Positions 21,178-29,700 of a stretch of DNA of 32,000 nucleotides are shown here, one piece after another. The notes beneath the pieces were generated by a model that worked only from the letters and a program-made list of their open reading frames with translations, was not told the DNA's origin and made no database searches. How positions within the stretch are numbered: position 1 is the stretch's first letter; every line of letters begins with the position of its first letter. Location of the stretch: assembly GCF_000014265.1 (NCBI RefSeq), contig NC_008312.1, forward strand, positions 1,320,001-1,352,000, read 5' to 3'. Made by a program: the position numbers and the translations under genes. Source of the stretch: Trichodesmium erythraeum IMS101 (GTDB lineage: Bacteria > Cyanobacteriota > Cyanobacteriia > Cyanobacteriales > Microcoleaceae).

Positions 21178-23412
21178 CTACTCCTGTCGCAAACTAATAG
21201 CAGCTTGTACCATATTCCGAGTTGCCGGAATTGCCTCTTCCCAACGACGAGTTTTCAAACCACAGTCGGGATTAACCCAAATTTGAGTTACAGGCAGATA
21301 CTGAATACACTTATACAAACTTTCCCTCAAATATTCAGTAGTAGGAATACTCGGAGAGTGAACGTCATAAACTCCTGGTCCAACCTGAGCAGGATAATCA
21401 GCATCAGTCAGTTGCATTAAAGTCTCATTATTACTACGACTATCCTCAATAGAAATTACGTCAGCATCCAATTGCTTAATAGATTCCATAATGTCGCCGA
21501 ACTCAGAGTAACACATATGAGTATGTACCTGAGTTTCTGGTCGAGCGATCGCCGTCGATAAACGAAAAGCATCAACTGCCCAATTCAAATATTCGTGCCA
21601 ACGCTGTTGTTTTAGTGGCAAACCTTCCCGCATTGCTGGTTCATCTACTTGAATAAAAGCAGCACCTGCCTTTTCTAAATCTTTCAGTTCTTCGCGAATA
21701 GCTAATGCTAATTGGAATGCCTGTTCTTGGCGAGAAATATCGGTCCGGGGATAAGACCAATTCAACATGGTTACTGGTCCAGTTAACATTCCTTTTACTG
21801 GTTTTTCAGTTAAAGATTGAGCAACTTCAAATTCCCGAATTGTCATTGCATGAGGGCGATAAATATCACCAAAAATAATTGGCGGGCGTACATAACGACT
21901 GCCATAACTTTGTACCCAACCATGAGTAGTAAAAGTATAACCATCTAACTGTTCACCGAAGTATTCCACCATGTCAGAACGTTCAAATTCTCCATGGACT
22001 AAAACATCCATTCCCATCCCTTCTTGTAGACCAATACAGTAGGCAATATTAGCATCAATTTGTGCTAAATATTCAGCTTGAGTCAGCTCGCCTTTTTTAT
22101 AACGTGCTCGTAATTTTCTAACTTGTTTAGTCTGGGGAAATGAGCCGATAGTTGTAGTGGGAAAAGCAGGTAATTTTATTTGATTGTCTAATCTTTCTAA
22201 ATAAGACATGCTTCGCCTAAAGTCTGTTTCTTTCAGTGCTTTAATTTGACTTTTTACTTTTTCATTGGCAGGGCTAAATTTATAAAATTCTTGCCAGTAG
22301 ATTTCGATATTTTCTATCTCTGACTTATTACTTTTTCCAGTCAATGCTTTAGATAATAAAACTGTCTCTTCTAGTTTTTGCTCGGCAAAACTTAATACAT
22401 TTCGCAGTGCTTCTGGGAGTTTTACCTCACGTCTAACATCATAAGGCACAAATTGTAAAGAAGCAGAAGGCTGTACAGAAATATTAGGAATAATCCCCTT
22501 TAATTCCTCTAATAAAGATGTTACTTCTTGAGTACGAATTCGCCAAATATTTCGAGCATCAACTACACCAGCACCTAGAGTTTTATCTGCTGGAAAACCA
22601 TAACTTTTAATTAGTTCTAAATTTTGACCGCGAGTCAAGTCGAGACTAATAGATGTTACTGGCAATTTCATCACCCAAGGATAGGTTTCTCCCAGGTCAT
22701 CAAAGTAGGTGACAAGATGAATATTTAATCCCACTTTTGCTAATTCAGCATAAGCCATCTCGAACTGTTTTTTAAGATTAGAAGAATCGCCAAAAACTAA
22801 AGCAGGTTCGTGTAATTGTATTTCCGAAATTCCTAACTTTTTTAGTTTAGTTAATAGGTCGCTGTATAGCGGCAATAGTTGAGCGAGAATATTGTCAAAT
22901 TCTACAGATTCTAAACGACTTAAACGGATAAAAGTAATAGGGCTGATAATAATAGGAACTGCACTTTTGCCTATTATTTTTTTCGCGCGTTTCACAGTTT
23001 CTAAGAAATCAGAAAAATCTGCTTTGGGAGTAATATCTGGTGTAATTTCTGGCACTAAATAGTGATAGTTTGTATCAAACCATTTAGTCATTTCTAATGC
23101 TAGAATACCATCTTTTCCTCGTGCCATTGCAAAGTAGCATTCTAAATTTTGGAATTGTTGAAAACGCTTGGGAATTATTCCGAAACGAAAACTCCAATCT
23201 AATATTTGGTCGTAGAGAGTAGCATCACCAATACCAATTCGTTCTATACCTGCTTTAGTTTGGGTTTGCCAACTTGCCTCTTCAATTTCTCGGACAATTT
23301 TTAGCAATTCATCAGCACTAATTTTTTGTTGCCAAAATGATTCGAGTGCTTTTTTAACTTCGCGGTTTTTCCCTATGCGGGGATATCCCAAAGTTGATGT
23401 TGATATTGACAT
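21178..23412 (-). CDS. metE: 5-methyltetrahydropteroyltriglutamate--homocysteine S-methyltransferase (cobalamin-independent methionine synthase)
   Basis: 744 aa. N-terminus STLGYPRIGKNREVKKALESFW. C-terminal barrel with TTIGSFPQT, HTHMCYSEF and NPDCGLKTR zinc/substrate motifs. Confidence 0.97.
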   Translation of the reverse strand: MSISTSTLGYPRIGKNREVKKALESFWQQKISADELLKIVREIEEASWQTQTKAGIERIGIGDATLYDQILDWSFRFGIIPKRFQQFQNLECYFAMARGKDGILALEMTKWFDTNYHYLVPEITPDITPKADFSDFLETVKRAKKIIGKSAVPIIISPITFIRLSRLESVEFDNILAQLLPLYSDLLTKLKKLGISEIQLHEPALVFGDSSNLKKQFEMAYAELAKVGLNIHLVTYFDDLGETYPWVMKLPVTSISLDLTRGQNLELIKSYGFPADKTLGAGVVDARNIWRIRTQEVTSLLEELKGIIPNISVQPSASLQFVPYDVRREVKLPEALRNVLSFAEQKLEETVLLSKALTGKSNKSEIENIEIYWQEFYKFSPANEKVKSQIKALKETDFRRSMSYLERLDNQIKLPAFPTTTIGSFPQTKQVRKLRARYKKGELTQAEYLAQIDANIAYCIGLQEGMGMDVLVHGEFERSDMVEYFGEQLDGYTFTTHGWVQSYGSRYVRPPIIFGDIYRPHAMTIREFEVAQSLTEKPVKGMLTGPVTMLNWSYPRTDISRQEQAFQLALAIREELKDLEKAGAAFIQVDEPAMREGLPLKQQRWHEYLNWAVDAFRLSTAIARPETQVHTHMCYSEFGDIMESIKQLDADVISIEDSRSNNETLMQLTDADYPAQVGPGVYDVHSPSIPTTEYLRESLYKCIQYLPVTQIWVNPDCGLKTRRWEEAIPATRNMVQAAISLRQE

Positions 23413-23566
23413 AGTTTTTATTTATTTCCAGTAAATTGGGTTAATTTATCTGAGGTAAAGCGTCTGTGAAGACTTCCTCAGATTGGGAAAATTAAAAGTT
23501 AAAAGTCAAAAGTCAAAAGTAAGATTTCTATACTCAAAACTGGGTTTGAGCAGTGTCACCTATCAA

Positions 23567-23674
23567 TTACAGGAGATTCCAGGTATGTGAAGTACAAATA
23601 TTCAGAATTAATGTTTTTATTGCCAGGATATTGCCCGGTACTGGTGTACCTCACTAAAGTGGAACCTGCTGTAA
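23567..23674 (-). promoter_or_regulatory. Candidate riboswitch-like leader RNA of metE (class unassigned)
   Basis: 108-nt element in the 294-nt metE leader. Helices are TTACAG/CTGTAA, GGTTCC/GGAATC and GTGAGGTAC/GTACTTCAC (with a G-U pair on the minus-strand RNA only). A -10-like TAAAAT (23683-23688, minus) lies 8 nt upstream. It is homologous to 2774-2884. Confidence 0.45.
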
Positions 23675-23706
23675 ATTCCCTCATTTTAATTCTCCAGATT
23701 TAGTCA

Positions 23707-24846
23707 TTAAATAACATTAATGACACCGCTCGCTTCCAAATCAAAACCACCAGAAGTCACAGTTGGTCGTGCAGTTGGCCAAAAGTCGAAAATAAGGTCT
23801 TCTGTCGCATCTAAAAAGCTACCATTACCAGGGATGTCTACAATACGAACAAACTGAATAGCATTAATATCTACCCGACCGGATGTCACTAACGGGTCGT
23901 TAACTAAGTCATCTAAGTCAAAAGGAGTTCCCCAAGAACTGCCAAAAAATTCTCCTTCAAACTCAAAAGCATTATTAACCTGTTTGCCAGCTAAATTATA
24001 AACTTGTGTGGGAATGCTTGCCCTGTGAAAAAGTCCCTAGGTACAGGAGCAAAATTTACTCCATCACTGGAAACTTCAACGAATTCTAGTTCGGCAAAAA
24101 TACCGCCAAGGTTATTAAAACCATTTTCAAGTACTGCAAATTCTGCTCCTGTACCATTACTAATACCAGAGTCAAAGGTTAGAGTAATCTCGCCTGGAGT
24201 TACTCCTGGGACTATTTGTTCTTGAGTTAGATCCCCTAGTAAAGCAATATCAATAAAATTATCTGTTCTAGCGGTAGGTCCTAATGTTAGTTCGGGAGTT
24301 TGGAATCTTTCATAGACTCCTGGTGCTGGCAAATAATTTTGAAATCCTGCTGCCCATGCTCCAAAGACTGGATTAACAATACTGTCCGGTCTGATTAACC
24401 CCTCATCCTCAGAACTAATAAAACCAGGGATGATAGAATATATTTTTCCTGGGTCTTGGGTAGAACTGGAATAAGGTCCTAGTTGTTGGACAAATATTTT
24501 AAATTGGTCTTCGGTAAGTTTGCTGCTGTTAACACCTGAGTTGATTTTGTCGTTGAAGAACAAAATTATGGAAACCCTCTCTCCCAGTTAAGGTTTCTGT
24601 ACCTACATCACCATAAACATTATTGCTACTCAGGTCTTCAGAGAGATTATTGTTCTATTTAACACCCCGCAGTATGTCCCCACTAGCATTTCCGTCAAGA
24701 ATATCCTTGACTTGGTTGCCACTAATTAAGTCTCCACTTTCTAGACCGTTTATTGTGTCATCTCCTGCTAAACCATTTATTTCGTCTCCCTCCAAACTAC
24801 TTGTGAGGAGTTCACTATTTTCTGTTTTTATTATTTGATTGTTGTC
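23707..24846 (-). pseudogene. Disrupted RTX-repeat (hemolysin-type Ca-binding) secreted/surface protein gene
   Basis: The minus strand reads LEGDEINGLAGDDTINGLESGDLISGN...GNASGDILRGVK* (stop at 24655-24657). It continues VYGDVGTETLTGREGFHNFV in the same frame as the RTX repeats after that stop. A 190-aa piece (23991-24563) follows after a frameshift. The last piece, AGKQVNNAFEFEGEFFGSSWGTPFDLDDL...GGFDLEASGVINVI* (to 23707), follows a further shift near 24000. No start codon lies upstream of the RTX repeats. Confidence 0.6.
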
Positions 24847-25490
24847 ATTTTATTTCTTTTGAAATTTATGTAAGACTTTCTATCGCAACTTCCGTGCTAA
24901 TACCAAAGCAGTTGCGATCGCGATTAATTCCACCGTTAACTATCGCTCTTATTACTTATTTTTATATTTTTAACAGTAGATTCTCAAGCACTTTTTGCAC
25001 TTTTTATCAATTTTCTAGCTGTTATTTTTTTCTTCTTTATTGAAGAAGGCAGAAGGGAAAATTAAATAAAGAAAATTTCCACCCCAAGCAATTTTAAGCG
25101 CAGTGATTATGGTAGGCTATTAAATCCACAAAAGAAAATATAAATGCTAATTCACTTCTTTCTAACTAGTAGCTTTTTCCCAGAGTTTGGTTTAAATAAG
25201 TTCTGTCTAAATATCTGTAGCGAAAGGTTCTTATTTAGGGCTAATTCCCTTCTTATCAAAACTATATTAGTCATCATCTATACCTCGCAGATGTTTGATA
25301 AAGTTACTATTAATCGGCGGGCATTCTGACTGAGAGATAATAAAGTATCTCATCACAGTTGCGGGACAGCGACGGATTTACACCGAACTTTCCCCGTTTC
25401 CTCTAATAGCTGCTCTCTATTAGAACCGATTGATTTCATATTAAAACACAGATACTTAATTAATGCAATACTTTTACAAATTTTTTTTAG

Positions 25491-26796
25491 CTGGACTTTC
25501 AAAAAAAATGCAGTAAATTAGGTTAAGATTATTATATATTAAGACTTTTACCTAAAAATGATAGCTGATGAAAGAAACAACTTTATCTGCCTTACCACCA
25601 TGCTATCAATTGTGGCGTCAAAAATTTGATGAAATATTTCAAAACCAAAGCTCAAAAAAGAGGATTTTGTTATTATTTGGCAGGATTATTAGGAGAAAGT
25701 AAACGCAAAAATATTGCTCAAATTACCCACAATATTATCGGCTCTTCATATAATAATATGCATCATTTTATATACTTTGCAGGCTGGGGCTGAAAATTCG
25801 ATAAATGAGCGTCATTTAGAAATTATGAATCAACAACCTGCAAACCCGATTAGAAATGGATTTGCTCTGATTATTGATGATAATTACCATAGAAAAAGTG
25901 GTAATTTTACTGGTGGAATAGGCCGACAATATCTTGGATAAATTGGAAAAACAGATAATGGAGTAGTAATAGTCAGAACTCACCTATATAATGGAGTGCG
26001 CAGCCTACCTTTGGATGTGGAGTTGTACCAAAAGTTATCATCTTTACCAGATAGTAAAGATGATCAAGAATTTGTTAAAAAAACCGATTTAGCAATCAAG
26101 GAACGTGAAAAAAACTTTGTCTAGAAAATATCGACTAGGTATAACTTTAGTGGATAGAGTTTATGGTAATAATTCGTCTTTTCGCAATAGAATTAGAACA
26201 ACTCGAACTTAAATATATAGGGGGTAGTGCGAAAAATCTTCAGGTAAGTTTTATTAATCAAAAAAACTGGCAAAAAACAATCACAAAAAAGGTTAGATGA
26301 AATCGCCTTATCTTTACCACAAAAGGCTTTTTAAGCAGGAACATTAAAACAAGATATACCCAAAACAGTTTGGGTAGCTACTATAAAAGTAGAAACCAAA
26401 GGTTTAACTGGGACTAGAACTATAGTAATCCTCATGAATAATAGTTCTATATCTGAAGCTACTGAAATTGATTATTTAATGACAAATAAACAATATAAAA
26501 GTGTGACAGGAGAATGGATAGTCACCACCTTTTATGAGAGAAACTATATTGAAAATTTTTATAGGGAAACTAAGGGATGCTTGGGTTTAAAAGAATATTT
26601 TGTCAGAGATAAAACCAGTATGATGCGTCATTTTATCTTAGTTTTTGTAGCCTATACTTTCCTTCTTTACCAACAATTAATGGGAGGCTTGAGAAAGGGT
26701 TATTCTTACACCAGTTTGACAAATTTTACAGAGACATTAGAAGCATTTATGACTGGCTGTTTCCTACAAATTTTTTTGCTGGTTACAAGAGAATCA
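25491..26796 (+). mobile_element. IS701-like element, copy 1 (degenerate; right end replaced by or merged into the tandem array)
   Basis: The left end CTGGACTTTCAAAAAAAATGCAG resembles the copy-2 left end and is preceded by TTAG. The transposase-like reading MKETTLSALPPCYQLWRQKFDEIF...ALIIDDNYHRKSGNFTGGIGRQYLG*IGKTDNGVVIV...FYRETKGCLGLKEYFVRD has stops and frameshifts. Homology to copy 2 fades near 26797. Confidence 0.75.
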
Positions 26797-29700
26797 AGTC
26801 AGTCAGATTAATTCATCTAAATCTCAAATATTGTCTGAGATAGTTTGATTAGGGATTTTTCATAGAAATTTGGGCTGACAAGGTTTTATTGCGATATGCG
26901 CAATAGGAGTTTTTACTCACTTATTTCGGCTGACAAGGTTTTATTGCGATATGCGCAATAGGAGTTTTTACTCACTTACTTCGGCTCAGTCAGATTAATT
27001 CATCTAAATCTCAAATATTGTCTGAGATAGTTTGATTAGGGATTTTTCATAGAAATTTGGGCTGACAAGGTTTTATTGCGATATGCGCAATAGGAGTTTT
27101 TACTCACTTACTTCGGCTGACAAGGTTTTATTGCGATATGCGCAATAGGAGTTTTTACTCACTTACTTCGGCTCAGTCAGATTAATTCATCTAAATCTCA
27201 AATATTGTCTGAGATAGTTTGATTAGGGATTTTTCATAGAAATTTGGGCTGACAAGGTTTTATTGCGGTATGCGCAATAGGAATTTTTACTCACTTATTT
27301 CGGCTGACAAGGTTTTATTGCGATATGCGCAATAGGAGTTTTTACTCACTTACTTCGGCTCAGTCAGATTAATTCATCTAAATCTCAAATATTGTCTGAG
27401 ATAGTTTGATTAGGGATTTTTCATAGAAATTTGGGCTGACAAGGTTTTATTGCGATATGCGCAATAGGAGTTTTTACTCACTTACTTCGGCTGACAAGGT
27501 TTTATTGCGGTATGCGCAATAGGAGTTTTTACTCACTTACTTCGGCTCAGTCAGATTAATTCATCTAAATCTCAAATATTGTCTGAGATAGTTTGATTAG
27601 GGATTTTTCATAGAAATTTGGGCTGACAAGGTTTTATTGCGATATGCGCAATAGGAGTTTTTACTCACTTACTTCGGCTGACAAGGTTTTATTGCGGTAT
27701 GCGCAATAGGAGTTTTTACTCACTTACTTCGGCTCAGTCAGATTAATTCATCTAAATCTCAAATATTGTCTGAGATAGTTTGATTAGGGATTTTTCATAG
27801 AAATTTGGGCTGACAAGGTTTTATTGCGATATGCGCAATAGGAGTTTTTACTCACTTACTTCGGCTGACAAGGTTTTATTGCGATATGCGCAATAGGAGT
27901 TTTTACTCACTTACTTCGGCTCAGTCAGATTAATTCATCTAAATCTCAAATATTGTCTGAGATAGTTTGATTAGGGATTTTTCATAGAAATTTGGGCTGA
28001 CAAGGTTTTATTGCGGTATGCGCAATAGGAATTTTTACTCACTTATTTCGGCTGACAAGGTTTTATTGCGATATGCGCAATAAGAATTTTTACTCACTTA
28101 CTTCGGCTCAGTCAGATTAATTCATCTAAATCTCAAATATTGTCTGAGATAGTTTGATTAGGGATTTTTCATAGAAATTTGGGCTGACAAGGTTTTATTG
28201 CGACATGGGCAATAGGAGTTTTTACTCACTTACTTCGGCTGACAAGGTTTTATTGCGGTATGCGCAATAGGAGTTTTTACTCACTTACTTCGGCTGACAA
28301 GGTTTTATTGCGATATGCGCAATAGGAGTTTTTACTCACTTACTTCGGCTCAGTCAGATTAATTCATCTAAATCTCAAATATTGTCTGAGATAGTTTGAT
28401 TAGGGATTTTTTATAGAAATTTGGGCTGACAAGGTTTTATTGCGATATGCGCAATAGGAGTTTTTACTCACTTACTTCGGCTGACAAGGTTTTATTGCGG
28501 TATGCGCAATAGGAGTTTTTACTCACTTACTTCGGCTCAGTCAGATTAATTCATCTAAATCTCAAATATTGTCTGAGATAGTTTGATTAGGGATTTTTCA
28601 TAGAAATTTGGGCTGACAAGGTTTTATTGCGATATGCGCAATAGGAGTTTTTACTCACTTATTTCGGCTGACAAGGTTTTATTGCGATATGCGCAATAGG
28701 AATTTTTACTCACTTACTTCGGCTCAGTCAGATTAATTCATCTAAATCTCAAATATTGTCTGAGATAGTTTGATTAGGGATTTTTCATAGAAATTTGGGC
28801 TGACAAGGTTTTATTGCGATATGCGCAATAGGAGTTTTTACTCACTTACTTCGGCTCAGTCAGATTAATTCATCTAAATCTCAAATATTGTCTGAGATAG
28901 TTTGATTAGGGATTTTTCATAGAAATTTGGGCTGACAAGGTTTTATTGCGATATGCGCAATAGGAGTTTTTACTCACTTATTTCGGCTGACAAGGTTTTA
29001 TTGCGGTATGCGCAATAGGAGTTTTTACTCACTTATTTCGGCTCAGTCAGATTAATTCATCTAAATCTCAAATATTGTCTGAGATAGTTTGATTAGCGGG
29101 ACTTTAGTGAAAAAATAGTAAAAAAAAGGGTATAATGTATACCTGATATGTATTTTACGTTAATTACTGGCCTGGGAAAAGTTTGATGAAAGAAACAACT
29201 TCAGTGGCCATGCCCTCTTGTTTCCATCGATGGTGCGATCGCTTTAACAATGTCTTTAAAACAAAAGCCCAAAAAACAGGGTTTAGGGAATATATAGGAG
29301 GATTACTCTTGAGAAAGCGATCGAAAAAACTTGTCTCAAATTGCCAACAACACTGTAGGTCACACGTACCACAAATTACGGCATTTTCTAGTTCGAGCAA
29401 ATTGGTCTGTAGATGCTGTGAATGAGCGTCGTCTTCAAGTAATGTGGGAACGTCGCCAAACAAAACCTTCTCGATCCTATTGCTTTAATTATAGACGATT
29501 CAGGCCACAGAAAAAGTGGTAATTTTACTGCAGGAGTAGGGCGGCAATATATAGGAGAAATAGGAAAAACAGATAATGGTGTAGTCGTGGTGACAACTCA
29601 TCTTTATGATGGAGTTAAAAGTCTACCTTTAGACATAGCTTTGTATCAGAAAGCTGATTCTTTTCCAAAAGGAAAAAAAGACCCAGAATTTGTCAAGAAA

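Noticed and set aside
21089-21420. ORFs 21089-21286 and 21106-21420 (+)
   Set aside because: Both overlap the 3' end of metE on the opposite strand, and neither has a recognisable family or start context.
23413-23706. Canonical cobalamin (B12) riboswitch upstream of metE
   Set aside because: It is expected from context, but I could not find the B12 box, the GGTGNAANTCC loop or the GCCACTG motif. Only AGGGAA and a GGTGACACTGC outside the closing helix resemble it. I report it as an unassigned structured leader instead.
24623-24838. ORF 24623-24838 (+), and ORF 24004-24225 (+)
   Set aside because: Both lie antisense to the RTX-repeat pseudogene pieces, whose minus-strand translation has recognisable repeats.
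25361-25440. GC-rich block GCGGGACAGCGACGGATTTACACCGAAC plus hairpin TCTAATAG-CTGCTCT-CTATTAGA as a possible IS end, intron domain or tRNA fragment
   Set aside because: I could not match it to group II intron domain V, a tRNA, or the IS701-like terminal repeat. It remains unexplained, but there is too little evidence to call it.
26797-27170. One promoter per repeat unit
   Set aside because: I scanned both strands of X-Y-Y for a -35/-10 pair with 16-18 nt spacing. The best case is TTGTCA, 15-16 nt spacer, TAAAAA on the minus strand across a Y-Y junction, which has short spacing and a poor -10. That is not enough to call.
26812-29096. Repeat array as a repetitive protein-coding gene
   Set aside because: The unit lengths of 187, 132 and 242 nt are not multiples of 3. 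The six-frame track shows no ORF of 60 aa or more on either strand across the array.
29164-29463. ORF 29164-29463 (-)
   Set aside because: It lies antisense to the N-terminal transposase segments of IS701-like copy 2.
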